Positions 20,722 to 34,565 of a stretch of DNA of 43,565 nucleotides are shown one piece after another. The notes below the pieces were generated by a model, which was not told the DNA's origin, ran no database searches, and saw only the letters and a list, made by a program, of their open reading frames with translations. The position numbers and the translations under genes are program-made. The first letter of the stretch is position 1. Each line of letters begins with the position of its first letter. The stretch is taken from NCBI GenBank assembly GCA_964421835.1, contig CAYQZI010000005.1, forward strand, positions 1-43,565, given 5' to 3'. The stretch comes from an uncultured Planktotalea sp. Its GTDB lineage: Bacteria; Pseudomonadota; Alphaproteobacteria; Rhodobacterales; Rhodobacteraceae.

Positions 20722-21137
20722 TTCGGAGGAATCGCATAGGTGAGCGATGCGCGTGCGACCGGTGCGTCGCTCCCTTCGGAATGTATCAATACATCTCCAA
20801 CAGCAAGGGCGCGACCAAGCTTAAGAAGCCGCGCTGAGGCGATCAAATCGACCCCAGCGGCGGGTTTTCGCATGAAATCGATGGAGCAATTGGTGGTTAC
20901 CGCCAAGGTCACTGGGCCAATCATCGCCAATGTGACAAGGTACATTGATACATCTGCCAGCGCAAACATGGTTGGCCCGCTGATTGTACCCCCTGGCCGC
21001 AAATGTTCATCCGCAACGGGCATGCGCACAATTGCTTCCATGGGTGCCACGCTTTGCACGACGAAATCCTTGGCGACTTGCGTAAATTCGCCGCGCATTA
21101 GCGTGTTCAAGGCTTCGACATCCATTTTCAGTTCCAT
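20718..21137 (-). CDS. PaaI-family (hotdog) thioesterase
   Basis: HLRPGGTISGPTMFALAD and AVTTNCSIDFMRKP. Confidence 0.9.
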   Translation of the reverse strand: MELKMDVEALNTLMRGEFTQVAKDFVVQSVAPMEAIVRMPVADEHLRPGGTISGPTMFALADVSMYLVTLAMIGPVTLAVTTNCSIDFMRKPAAGVDLIASARLLKLGRALAVGDVLIHSEGSDAPVARASLTYAIPPK

Positions 21138-21195
21138 GGCTTTTCTCCCGTGCCAGTCGGCTTTAGAGTTTTATCAACATCAGACGGAGGGCAAG

Positions 21196-21984
21196 ATGGC
21201 AATTCTAGAACGTCGCGGCACAGGTGCAATCGCGCATCTTCATATGAACGCGCCCGAGCGCTTAAACGCACTTTCAGACGAAATGATCGCTGCCCTTCAA
21301 AATGAATTGGATGAGCTGCGTGAAACCTCTGCGACGCGAGCGGTGATTATTTCTGGGTCTGGCAAAGCCTTTTGCGCCGGTCACGATCTGAAGCAAATGA
21401 CCTCTGGTCGCCAGAACGGCGATGGCGGCAAGGCATATTTCAAGGATCTTTTCGATCGCTGTGCGCATATGATGCAAACTATTCGCGCCCTGCCCCAACC
21501 TGTAATCGCGCAAGTTCATGGCATCGCGACCGCCGCTGGATGTCAATTGGTCGCCAGTTGCGACCTTGCGGTGGCAGCAAAAGGAACCCGATTTGGTGTC
21601 AACGGGGTGAACATCGGTCTGTTTTGCTCAACGCCGATGGTCGCGCTCAGTCGGAATATTCCGCGCAAGCAAGCGTTCGAAATGCTAACGACGGGAACCT
21701 TCATTGAAGCGGAACGCGCGGAGGCACTTGGTTTGATCAACCGCGTTGCGCTGCCCGATCAACTGGAAAAAGAGACGCTAGACATGGCAGAGCTGATCGC
21801 CAGCAAGCTTGGCGTTGCTGTGAAAATTGGTAAATCAGCGTTCTATGAACAAATGGATATGCCGCTCGCGCAAGCATACGACTTCACTGGCGACGTTATG
21901 CTGGAAAACATGCTTTACCGCGACACCGAAGAAGGGATTGCAGCTTTCTTGGACAAACGCCCACCCAACTGGACGCAGGACTAG
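21196..21984 (+). CDS. Enoyl-CoA hydratase/isomerase
   Basis: GGAGG RBS then ATG 21196; PERLNALS, AFCAGHDL, ATAAGCQLVASCDL and EGIAAFLDKRPP. Confidence 0.93.
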   Translation: MAILERRGTGAIAHLHMNAPERLNALSDEMIAALQNELDELRETSATRAVIISGSGKAFCAGHDLKQMTSGRQNGDGGKAYFKDLFDRCAHMMQTIRALPQPVIAQVHGIATAAGCQLVASCDLAVAAKGTRFGVNGVNIGLFCSTPMVALSRNIPRKQAFEMLTTGTFIEAERAEALGLINRVALPDQLEKETLDMAELIASKLGVAVKIGKSAFYEQMDMPLAQAYDFTGDVMLENMLYRDTEEGIAAFLDKRPPNWTQD

Positions 21985-22075
21985 GGTACAACAATTTGGT
22001 TAACTCGGGTGAATTCCCCTCAATTTGGAAACAATAGGCAGTCAATTGTGACAGTGGCTGCTTCTGTTGATTTCA

Positions 22076-22247
22076 CAATCCACGATTGCGTCATCTCAAA
22101 AAGCTTAGCTAAGATGTCACTAAACGTGGAAAATCACCAATGTTTCGCCAGTAAGAACAGAGTTTTTCCAATTCACACTTTGCACCGTTTCAAACTTTTC
22201 CACAGGTTTATCACAGCCGCGTGATTATTGCGCGTCGGCTGTTCACA
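22076..22247. promoter_or_regulatory. Cluster of DnaA-box-like 9-mers
   Basis: TTTTCCACA (22196, perfect TTWTNCACA), TTTATCACA (22207), TTTTCCACG (minus strand, 22125-22133), CAATTCACA (22169), CTTTGCACC (22178), CTGTTCACA (22239), CAATCCACG (22076). Confidence 0.5.
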
Positions 22248-22264
22248 TAATCAAGGATATTTTG

Positions 22265-23587
22265 ATGCGCTCTGTTGCTTTAAGTTTACTCTTTGCCTCC
22301 ACCGCCAGCTCGGCACTTGCATCTGATTTGCCAAACCCCATTCTGCCATCAGATTTTCCGGTGTTGAACACCGAAATCGTCGCGCTTGGACGGCAACTTT
22401 TCTTTGATCCCGTTCTTTCTGGTAATGACAATATTGCCTGTGCAACATGCCATCACCCCGCGCTTGGTACTGGGGACGCAATGTCCCTGTCTATTGGCGA
22501 GGGCGGCCTCGGCCTCGGGCGATTGCGCGAAGTTGTGAACGGAAACGCGCCTAAAGCACGTATCCCACGCAATGCTCCCGCACTCTTTAATCTTGGTGCG
22601 CGCGAGTTCTCCGTTATGTTTCACGACGGGCGCGTTCAGATAAATCGCGACGCAATGTATGGCATAAAGATGCCAGAAGGGCGCACTTTAGAGCGACCTG
22701 TAGAAACAGCTCTCGCGGCGCAAAATATTTTACCCATTCTCAGCCATGACGAAATGGCAGGTCATCCGGGCGAAAATGCGATTGCGGACGCGATTGACGC
22801 CGAGAATATTCACGGACCTGATGGCGCATGGCAGATCATCACAGATAAAGTTGAAGCGATTGAAGAATATCGCATGGCTTTTGATTGGATCATTGGTCAG
22901 GATCAACCTTTGCATATCACCGATATTGGAACCGCCCTTTCGCAGTTCATTACATATGAATTTCGCGCGACGGACAGTCCTTTCGATCAGTACTTAAATG
23001 GCAAAACCGATGCGCTTGATACCGAGCAGATCGCGGGGTTGGACCTGTTCTATGGCAAAGGCAATTGCGTCTCTTGTCATTCGGGAAAGTTCCAAACGGA
23101 TCATGGTTTTCACGCAATCGGCCTTCCTCAGTTTGGTCCTGGCAAGGATGATGCTTACTCTGATGCGGGTCGTGGTATGATCACGGGCGTTGCAGACGAC
23201 AAATATCGCTTCCGCACACCGAGTTTGCGCAACGTCACGCTAAGCGCACCATATGGACACAATGGCGCCTACACGGATCTCGAAGCGATGATACGTCATC
23301 ATTTGGACCCTTTCGAGGGCCTTGGAAACTATGATCGTCGCCAAGCTGCGCTACATGAATTGGGCGAAGGCTCCAAAGATTGGGAACCGATGGAGGATCT
23401 CGCCGAGGTGCTGCGCATTGCTATGGCCGCAGAAATCGAGCCGATTGACATGACCGAAACTGAAATTGATCAACTCATGAGTTTTCTCCGTTCGCTTGAA
23501 GATCCGATTAGCCGTCATGGTCGCCTAGGCGTGCCGGATCGTGTTCCATCTGATTTGCCCCTCGATCCAATATCTGACCCAAGTTAA
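22265..23587 (+). CDS. Periplasmic di-heme cytochrome c peroxidase / MauG family protein
   Basis: Signal peptide, LGRQLFFDPVLSG, CATCH, RNAP, CVSCH and FRTPSLRNV..SAPYGHNG. Confidence 0.92.
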   Translation: MRSVALSLLFASTASSALASDLPNPILPSDFPVLNTEIVALGRQLFFDPVLSGNDNIACATCHHPALGTGDAMSLSIGEGGLGLGRLREVVNGNAPKARIPRNAPALFNLGAREFSVMFHDGRVQINRDAMYGIKMPEGRTLERPVETALAAQNILPILSHDEMAGHPGENAIADAIDAENIHGPDGAWQIITDKVEAIEEYRMAFDWIIGQDQPLHITDIGTALSQFITYEFRATDSPFDQYLNGKTDALDTEQIAGLDLFYGKGNCVSCHSGKFQTDHGFHAIGLPQFGPGKDDAYSDAGRGMITGVADDKYRFRTPSLRNVTLSAPYGHNGAYTDLEAMIRHHLDPFEGLGNYDRRQAALHELGEGSKDWEPMEDLAEVLRIAMAAEIEPIDMTETEIDQLMSFLRSLEDPISRHGRLGVPDRVPSDLPLDPISDPS

Positions 23588-23626
23588 AAGTTTGCTAATT
23601 CCCGCGCCCTAAATTACATGCGCGGT

Positions 23627-24970
23627 ATGGAAAAAACTCTACATATCATCGGCGGTGGCCTTGCGGGTTCAGAAGCCGCTTGGCAGGCCGCCAACATGGG
23701 CGTTTCGGTTGTTATCCACGAGATGCGCCCGAAAGTTGAAACTTTTGCGCATAAGTCGGGCGACTTGGCGGAGATGGTATGTTCAAACTCGTTTCGCTCG
23801 GACGATCATGAGCAAAACGCAGTCGGCTTGCTCCACTGGGAAATGCGCCAAGCTGCTGGTTTGATTATGGAAATGGCAAGTGCACATCGCCTTCCCGCGG
23901 GCGGCGCGCTTGCCGTGGATCGCGAAGCCTTCGCGGCTGGCGTTACTCGGAAAATTCAAAGTCATCCAAATATTTCTCTGGATTATGAAGAGATTAAGGA
24001 GCTTCCTTCAAGCGGAAACTGGATTATTGCGACTGGCCCGTTAACCTCTTCTGCGCTTGGCGAAGCCATAGCTCAGGAAACAGGTCAGGACGCGCTTGCC
24101 TTTTTCGATGCGATCGCACCGATTCTTCATGCGGACAGCATCGATATGAGTAAAGCGTGGATGCAATCGCGCTATGACAAGGGTGAGACCGAGGAAGAGC
24201 GCACCGCATACCTAAATTGTCCAATGGATAGAACGCAGTATGACGCGTTTATCGATGCTTTGCTTGAAGCGGATAAGACGGAATTTCATGAAGGTGAAAC
24301 AGCTAAATACTTTGATGGCTGCCTGCCCATCGAGGTCATGGCCGAGCGTGGTCGCGAAACCCTGCGCCATGGACCGATGAAGCCCGTTGGTCTTACGAAT
24401 CCCCATCAACCTGACGTCAAAGCACATGCCATTGTACAGCTGCGCCGCGATAATGCGTTGGGCACGCTTTACAACATTGTCGGCTTCCAAACCAAGATGA
24501 AGTACGGGGCACAAGCTGATGTTTTCAAATCTATTCCTGGTTTGGAGAATGCGCGATTTGCGCGACTAGGTGGGATTCATCGCAACACATTCTTAAACTC
24601 TCCAACGCTCCTTGATGGGCAGTTACGACTGAAATCGCGCCCTCATATTCGTTTTGCGGGTCAAATTACTGGTGTCGAAGGCTATGTCGAAAGTGCCGCA
24701 ATGGGCCTTTTGGCGGGTCGTATGGCAGCTGCCGAGATTAAAGGTCAAACCTTGCCGCCGCTGCCTCAAGACACCGCGACAGGCGCTCTGGTTAATCACA
24801 TCACAGGCGGTGCAGAGGCTAAAACGTTTCAACCGATGAATGTGAATTTTGGACTTTTTCGACCTGTTGAGGGCCTGAAAGGTGGGCGTCGCGGCCGCAC
24901 AGATCGCTACAAAGCTTACACTGATCGTGCCAAAATCGCATGGGCAGAATGGCTTAGCGAGCAAGGCTAG
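23627..24970 (+). CDS. trmFO: FAD/folate-dependent tRNA m5U54 methyltransferase TrmFO
   Basis: [30 protein letters not shown] and [15 protein letters not shown]. Confidence 0.97.
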   Translation: MEKTLHIIGGGLAGSEAAWQAANMGVSVVIHEMRPKVETFAHKSGDLAEMVCSNSFRSDDHEQNAVGLLHWEMRQAAGLIMEMASAHRLPAGGALAVDREAFAAGVTRKIQSHPNISLDYEEIKELPSSGNWIIATGPLTSSALGEAIAQETGQDALAFFDAIAPILHADSIDMSKAWMQSRYDKGETEEERTAYLNCPMDRTQYDAFIDALLEADKTEFHEGETAKYFDGCLPIEVMAERGRETLRHGPMKPVGLTNPHQPDVKAHAIVQLRRDNALGTLYNIVGFQTKMKYGAQADVFKSIPGLENARFARLGGIHRNTFLNSPTLLDGQLRLKSRPHIRFAGQITGVEGYVESAAMGLLAGRMAAAEIKGQTLPPLPQDTATGALVNHITGGAEAKTFQPMNVNFGLFRPVEGLKGGRRGRTDRYKAYTDRAKIAWAEWLSEQG

Positions 24971-25003
24971 ACAGGCTTACGCATCGCGGCTAGCGTGTTT
25001 CAG

Positions 25004-25618
25004 ATGACAGATACATTCTTAGACAAAGCCTACGGAACAACGGGCACCGACGCAACGCGTACCCTTTATACGAAATGGGCCGCGAGCTACGAAGCGGAAG
25101 TCGGCGAAAATGGATATGCGACGCCAGCGCGCTGCGCAAAGGCGTTGGCCAATGTCATAACCGATTTCGATCTTCCGGTTTTGGATTTTGGCTGCGGCAC
25201 AGGCCTTTCCGGGCTCGCGCTTTCCATGGCTGGATTTCAAACCATCGACGGGATGGATCTAACGCAAGAAATGTTGGACCTTGCTCATTCGAAACAGCTT
25301 TATCGGCAATTGCAACTTTCCGATCCTGATGTGCCTTTGCCGATAAAGAAAGGCGATTATTCGGCGATTTCAGCGATTGGCGTCATCGGCTCCGGAGCTG
25401 CGCCAATTGAAGTTTTCGATATGTTGTTCAACTTATTAGAGAGCAAAGCTAAGTTCGTTTTTTCATTCAATGATCACACATTAGAGGACGCGAAATTTGA
25501 GGCACGCGTACGCAATGTTGTGTCAACGAATGAAGCAATTTTACTGTTTGAGGAATACGGCGACCACCTCCCAGGGCAGAACATGAAGTCCAAAGTGTAC
25601 GTTCTTGAAAAGACGTGA
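25004..25618 (+). CDS. Class I SAM-dependent methyltransferase
   Basis: YTKWAASYE, VLDFGCGTGLSG and DGMD. Confidence 0.88.
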   Translation: MTDTFLDKAYGTTGTDATRTLYTKWAASYEAEVGENGYATPARCAKALANVITDFDLPVLDFGCGTGLSGLALSMAGFQTIDGMDLTQEMLDLAHSKQLYRQLQLSDPDVPLPIKKGDYSAISAIGVIGSGAAPIEVFDMLFNLLESKAKFVFSFNDHTLEDAKFEARVRNVVSTNEAILLFEEYGDHLPGQNMKSKVYVLEKT

Positions 25619-26475
25619 TTTTTAGAACTCGATTTGCACCAAGCCCGACAGGTCCACTGCACCTTGGCCATGCCTATTCAGCGCTTTTGGCGCACGATAT
25701 AGCGCGCGCGAAGGGTGGAGAATTTTTCTTGAGATTTGACGATATTGATCAAACGCGCACTCGCAAAGAGTGGCGTGCGCAAATTTTGACTGACTTGGCC
25801 TGGCTTGGATTAACTTGGGATGGTCCTGTTTGGTCTCAACACGAGCGTAAAGAGAGATATGCTAACGCTTTGAAAACGCTTTGGAAAATGGGTTTGCTTT
25901 ATCCCTGCAGATGCTCGCGAGCAGATATAAAAGCCGCCGCGAACGCGCCTCAAGAAGGCGCGCCTCTGAATGGGCCGGATGGCGTCATTTATCCAGGCAC
26001 TTGTCGGCATAATCCCGATGGCGCATTTCCAGAGAGTTCGGTCCTTAGACTGAACATGAAGAAAGCCTTGCAATATCTTGATATTAAATCAATTAGCGTC
26101 AATGAAGATGAGAAGACGTTGACGCTAAATCACGCTCAAATGCTAGGTGAAATCGGTGACGCTGTCCTTGCTCGAAAAGATTTGGGCGCATCCTACCACC
26201 TTTCGATTGTGATAGATGACGCGGAACAGAAGATTACCGATGTAATTCGCGGAAAAGATCTATCAAAAGCGACATATATTCATGTTTTGCTGCAAAAGCT
26301 ACTTGGTTTGCCAAGCCCTAAATACCTGCATCACAAACTGATCCGCGATAAAAACGGCAAACGTTTAGCGAAACGTGACGATTCGCGCGCTATTGCAAGA
26401 TTTCGCGATGATGGGCTTACGCCGCGTGATATCCGTGCACTGATTGGGCTTGAAGTCAATCCATCGGAGACATGA
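25615..26475 (+). CDS. gluQ: Glutamyl-Q tRNA(Asp) synthetase
   Basis: TRFAPSPTGPLHLGH, YPCRCSR, YPGTCR and RLAKR; short GluRS paralogue with no anticodon-binding domain. Confidence 0.92.
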   Translation: MIFRTRFAPSPTGPLHLGHAYSALLAHDIARAKGGEFFLRFDDIDQTRTRKEWRAQILTDLAWLGLTWDGPVWSQHERKERYANALKTLWKMGLLYPCRCSRADIKAAANAPQEGAPLNGPDGVIYPGTCRHNPDGAFPESSVLRLNMKKALQYLDIKSISVNEDEKTLTLNHAQMLGEIGDAVLARKDLGASYHLSIVIDDAEQKITDVIRGKDLSKATYIHVLLQKLLGLPSPKYLHHKLIRDKNGKRLAKRDDSRAIARFRDDGLTPRDIRALIGLEVNPSET

Positions 26476-26818
26476 GCTCTATCTCGCAATTGTCTGTTAT
26501 TGAAGTATAAAAACAACTTAGCCTTTTCGTATGGCAGGCTGGCCCGGTTTGCCGTACGATTGCGAGCAGACAGTCTTTGTCGCAATCCATGCGCAAATCA
26601 ACCAGCTCTTGGACGTTTCCGGATGTTTCCCCCTTCACCCAAAATGCTTGACGCGAACGCGACCAGTAAGTGACTTTGCGGCTTTCTAAGGTGCGCTTAA
26701 CAGCTTCTTCATTCATCCATGCCATCATGAGAATAATATCTGTGTCCTCCGCCTGCGCGATTACAGGAATAAGACCAGCGTCGTTGAAAAGTAACGTTGC
26801 GGGATCGAAAGTCATCAT
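26456..26818 (-). CDS. hisI: Phosphoribosyl-AMP cyclohydrolase
   Basis: GLIPVIAQ, YWSRSRQ.FWVKGETSG, DCDKD and ACHT..SCF. Confidence 0.96.
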   Translation of the reverse strand: MMTFDPATLLFNDAGLIPVIAQAEDTDIILMMAWMNEEAVKRTLESRKVTYWSRSRQAFWVKGETSGNVQELVDLRMDCDKDCLLAIVRQTGPACHTKRLSCFYTSITDNCEIELMSPMD

Positions 26819-26890
26819 GCTAGTCCTTTGAAATCTTGGATTAGACGCTTATCTAAGCACTAACATATCTTAGCGAAAGCGCTCTTTTTT

Positions 26891-27358
26891 ATGTCTGCTG
26901 ACAGTGACCTTATCAAACTCTACTCAGGACGCATTCTTGCGTTAGCAGCAGACATTCCAAACACCGAACGTTTGCCGCATGCGCAAGCCAGCGTGAAAAA
27001 GCGCTCGCCGCTTTGTGGATCGACCGTAGCCGTCGATCTGAGCTTGTCTTCCGATCGTATTTGCGCGTTTGGCCAAGATGTCAAAGCCTGCGCGCTCGGG
27101 CAAGCAGCCGCTTCGGTCGTGGGGAACGCCTTAATCGGATGCACGCCGCGCCAAGCATTTGTCGCACGCGATCAACTGCGCTTGCTTTTGAAGGGGAATG
27201 GCATCGTTCCAGACGCGCCTTTCGACGGCTTTGAAGTGTTTCTGCCCGCATCCGCCTACAAAAACAGGCATGCGTCTATTTTGCTGTCGATAGAGGCCGT
27301 TTGCGAAGCGATTGAAATCATTACAGAAGCAAAAAAAAGCGCCGCTCATCCGGGATAG
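26891..27358 (+). CDS. NifU/IscU N-terminal-like Fe-S scaffold protein
   Basis: SPLCGS, VKACALGQA and RHAS. Confidence 0.88.
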   Translation: MSADSDLIKLYSGRILALAADIPNTERLPHAQASVKKRSPLCGSTVAVDLSLSSDRICAFGQDVKACALGQAAASVVGNALIGCTPRQAFVARDQLRLLLKGNGIVPDAPFDGFEVFLPASAYKNRHASILLSIEAVCEAIEIITEAKKSAAHPG

Positions 27359-27490
27359 GATGGCGGCGCAAGGTAAGTGCTTTCGTGTGGGATCCGATGA
27401 TCACCATTTTGAGCCAGGCAAAGCTCTTTAGGACAACACTCTCGTTGGGACAGGACGTGTTGAGATGCATCTAAGTTGGGACAGGATGCG
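27331..27490 (-). ncRNA. Candidate 3'-UTR sRNA(s) with three anti-SD-like hairpins ending in a terminator
   Basis: Hairpins at 27467-27489, 27434-27462 and 27339-27369 (the last followed by U8). Each shows UCCU(G/A)UCCC on the minus strand. Confidence 0.5.
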
Positions 27491-27521
27491 TGGTGGTCGG
27501 CACGAAATCACGAGGCAAATT

Positions 27522-27644
27522 TCAAACAAAACCAGGTATATGCAGGGCAGCTACGAAAATCGTCATCAATGCAACAGCTCCGATCGCGTCCTGCACGATT
27601 GTGCGATCTGCGCGGGCGATGACCGTTTTGACTTGATCAATCAT
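27522..27644 (-). CDS. 40-aa small membrane protein
   Basis: AGGAG RBS (27656-27652), ATG 27644. MIDQVKTVIARADRTIVQDAIGAVALMTIFVAALHIPGFV, with a hydrophobic C-terminal helix. Confidence 0.75.
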   Translation of the reverse strand: MIDQVKTVIARADRTIVQDAIGAVALMTIFVAALHIPGFV

Positions 27645-27670
27645 AGTGTGTCTCCTGCTTGACTTGTCTT

Positions 27671-27685
27671 GTTGCCTATTTGTTC
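27671..27685 (-). promoter_or_regulatory. Alphaproteobacterial LexA-like box
   Basis: GAAC-AAATAGG-CAAC (GAAC-N7-GAAC with one mismatch). Further GAAC-N6-GAAC at 27719-27732; possible -35 TTTACA at 27708-27703. Confidence 0.5.
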
Positions 27686-27750
27686 TCATTTTTGTTAAGC
27701 TCTGTAAAGGGAAAAATGGAACAAATGGGAACATTTCGTTAACTAATTTC

Positions 27751-32027
<4,277 letters not shown>

Positions 32028-32049
32028 TCACAACTTAAAGAGAGCGGAT

Positions 32050-32766
32050 TTAGCCAGCCATCGCGGATTGCGCTTCGGGGTGATGCGCCTCTACAGGATC
32101 GCGCAGGACATAGCCACGACCCCAGACTGTTTCGATATAGCTGTCTTCCATCGTGGCTTCGCAAAGCTTTTTGCGCAGTTTGCAGATAAAGACATCGATG
32201 ATCTTGAGTTCCGGCTCATCCATGCCGCCATAAAGATGGTTCAAGAACATCTCTTTGGTGAGCGTTGTCCCTTTTCGCAATGAAAGAAGCTCAAGCATTT
32301 GATACTCTTTGCCTGTCAAATGCACTGTGGCACCCTGAACCTCGACAGTTTTCGCATCCAGATTGACCGAAATCTTACCCGTATGGATCACCGACTGCGA
32401 ATGCCCTTTAGAGCGGCGTATAATCGCATGAATGCGCGCAATAAGCTCATCGCGGTGGAACGGTTTCGTCAGATAATCATCTGCACCAAAGCCGAAGCCC
32501 TTGATTTTACTCTCTGTATCGTCGGATCCTGAGAGGATCAGGATCGGGGTATCAATCCGTGCAAGCCGCAATTGGCGCAGCACTTCATGGCCGTTCATAT
32601 CTGGCAAATTCAGATCCAAAAGAATCAAATCGTAGTCATAAAGTTTTGCCAGATCGATCCCCTCTTCGCCAAAGGACGTGGTGTACACGTTCAGATTTGC
32701 ATGGGTCAGCATCATATCGATGCTTTTGGAAGTCGTTGGATCGTCCTCGACCAAGAGTACGCGCAT
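32050..32766 (-). CDS. ctrA: Cell-cycle/GTA response regulator CtrA
   Basis: [33 protein letters not shown] and [26 protein letters not shown] 32766 follows GGAG. Confidence 0.98.
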   Translation of the reverse strand: MRVLLVEDDPTTSKSIDMMLTHANLNVYTTSFGEEGIDLAKLYDYDLILLDLNLPDMNGHEVLRQLRLARIDTPILILSGSDDTESKIKGFGFGADDYLTKPFHRDELIARIHAIIRRSKGHSQSVIHTGKISVNLDAKTVEVQGATVHLTGKEYQMLELLSLRKGTTLTKEMFLNHLYGGMDEPELKIIDVFICKLRKKLCEATMEDSYIETVWGRGYVLRDPVEAHHPEAQSAMAG

Positions 32767-32816
32767 GGGGTTCACTCCGTTTAACTTTGCTTCAATTGCA
32801 AACTGGGCGAAAATAG

Positions 32817-32831
32817 TTAACCCATCGTTAC
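32817..32831. promoter_or_regulatory. CtrA-binding site upstream of ctrA
   Basis: TTAA-CCCATCG-TTAC, plus a TTAAC half-site at 32837-32841. Confidence 0.6.
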
Positions 32832-32861
32832 TCTACTTAACTTTTTTCTAGCACAATCAAC

Positions 32862-33140
32862 CTATAGTTGTCTATAGACCTGCGTGCTGGTGGTTTTCAA
32901 CGCATCTTCGCCGTGATTTGCAACGGCATGCACCCATTGCGTGAATTCCTCTTCGCTGAGCGAATATCGCTCAAGAGCATCTTCTTTACTGATCAGCCCA
33001 AACGTGACACCGCGCACAACCGCCGCTTTGCGCGAAGCAACCCAACGCCGCGTTGTTTCAGAGGGGAGATCAGCGCGGCTCATTATTTTGCCATTTGGCA
33101 GCGTCACCGCACGCGGACCATCGATTTTCTTAAGATACAT
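32862..33140 (-). CDS. sciP: CtrA inhibitor SciP (DUF1153)
   Basis: RADLP..TRRWVASRKAAVV..GLIS...RYSLSEEEF..W; directly upstream of ctrA. Confidence 0.93.
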   Translation of the reverse strand: MYLKKIDGPRAVTLPNGKIMSRADLPSETTRRWVASRKAAVVRGVTFGLISKEDALERYSLSEEEFTQWVHAVANHGEDALKTTSTQVYRQL

Positions 33141-33184
33141 TTTATTGCCTTATGTCTGCTTCTGGCCTTTCTGCACCCAATCTC

Positions 33185-33200
33185 TTAAAGCGACGTGAAC
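33185..33200. promoter_or_regulatory. CtrA-binding site upstream of sciP
   Basis: TTAA-AGCGACG-TGAAC (one mismatch). Confidence 0.55.
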
Positions 33201-33264
33201 CCGTCTCTTGAGAATGCTTAGGATTTTCCTATCTTCCATAAGATTTTGGTAAGGAGTTGCCGTC

Positions 33265-34410
33265 ATGGCGCTGGACACGTCCGAAAAGTTGAACAGCCTT
33301 GGGTTTGCAAAACCCCCCTCTCAAACGCGCGTTGTTGTCGCTATGTCGGGCGGCGTAGACAGCTCTGTTGTGGCGGCGCAGCTCGCCTCTGAAGGGTATG
33401 ACGTGGTTGGCGTGACCTTGCAGCTATATGACCATGGTGCCGCATTGGCCAAAAAGGGTGCTTGCTGCGCAGGGCTTGATATACACGATGCGCGCCGCGT
33501 CGCCGAAGAAATGGGCTTTCCGCATTATGTGCTGGATTACGAGAACGTCTTTAAGGATGCGGTTATTGACGAATTTGCCGACAGTTATCTGGCCGGCGCA
33601 ACGCCTGTGCCCTGCATTCGCTGCAATGAGCGGGTGAAATTTAAAGACCTTCTGGAAACCGCAAAGGACCTTGACGCGGACTGTATGGCGACGGGTCACT
33701 ATATCCAGCGCAAAATGGGCCCTGAAAAAGCAGAGCTGCACAGCGCCGCTGATGATGCGCGCGATCAGAGCTATTTTCTATTCTCCACCAAGCAAGAGCA
33801 GCTTGATTTTCTGCGCTTTCCTTTGGGGCACCTGCCCTCGAAAGACGCGACGCGCGAATTGGCGAGCAAATTTGGGCTCAGCGTGGCGGACAAACCTGAT
33901 AGCCAAGATATTTGCTTTGTACCCAATGGCAATTACGCCGCTGTCATCGAAAAACTACGCCCGGGTGCCGCAGAACCCGGCGAGATTGTTCACGCCGATG
34001 GGCGGGTTCTTGGCGCGCATGACGGCGTGATCCATTATACCATCGGTCAGCGCAGAGGTCTTGGGATTGGCGGGCTTGAAGAGCCGCTTTACGTAGTGCG
34101 CCTTGATGTTGATCTGAAACAGGTCATCGTGGGGCCGAAAGACATGCTAAGCACGCGCACTATTCCGGTGCGCGAAATCAATTGGCTTGGTGATGCGCCG
34201 CTGTCTTCTAAAGAGGAATGGCATGTGCTGGTGCGCGTGCGCTCGACCCGCCCGCCTCGGCCCGCAATCATCCGCCCGAACTCTGATGCGGAGGCAAGCG
34301 TAGAGCTGCTTACCCCAGAGGATGGCGTGTCGCCCGGTCAAGCCTGCGTGTTCTATGACACTGACAGCACACGCATCTTTGGCGGCGGTTGGATATGGCG
34401 CGGGTATTAA
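33265..34410 (+). CDS. mnmA: tRNA 2-thiouridylase MnmA
   Basis: [33 protein letters not shown] and PGQACVFY. Confidence 0.98.
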   Translation: MALDTSEKLNSLGFAKPPSQTRVVVAMSGGVDSSVVAAQLASEGYDVVGVTLQLYDHGAALAKKGACCAGLDIHDARRVAEEMGFPHYVLDYENVFKDAVIDEFADSYLAGATPVPCIRCNERVKFKDLLETAKDLDADCMATGHYIQRKMGPEKAELHSAADDARDQSYFLFSTKQEQLDFLRFPLGHLPSKDATRELASKFGLSVADKPDSQDICFVPNGNYAAVIEKLRPGAAEPGEIVHADGRVLGAHDGVIHYTIGQRRGLGIGGLEEPLYVVRLDVDLKQVIVGPKDMLSTRTIPVREINWLGDAPLSSKEEWHVLVRVRSTRPPRPAIIRPNSDAEASVELLTPEDGVSPGQACVFYDTDSTRIFGGGWIWRGY

Positions 34411-34565
34411 GCGCGCGATCTAGCACGCCTTGAACGTCAATTGTGCCTTCCAGCACACACCTGCCCTGTCAGTTATCCGGCAATGGGGAAAAAAGGCTGA
34501 CCAACCTCAAAGCTTCGTGGCACTAAGGTCTGACAGCGAGCGCAAGACTCGCCATCGAGGGCAGT

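Noticed and set aside
20740-21195. N-terminal extension of the 414-aa enoyl-CoA hydratase ORF (apparent fusion)
   Set aside because: Antisense to the PaaI gene; the real start with a GGAGG RBS is at 21196.
22236-22270. Possible dif site (TTATGTGAAC resembles a XerD arm on the minus strand)
   Set aside because: No matching XerC arm (CATAA) at 6-nt spacing.
27434-27490. Mini-CRISPR interpretation of the GTTGGGACAGGA repeats
   Set aside because: Only two 12-nt exact copies 31 nt apart, too short for CRISPR repeats, and no cas genes are present.
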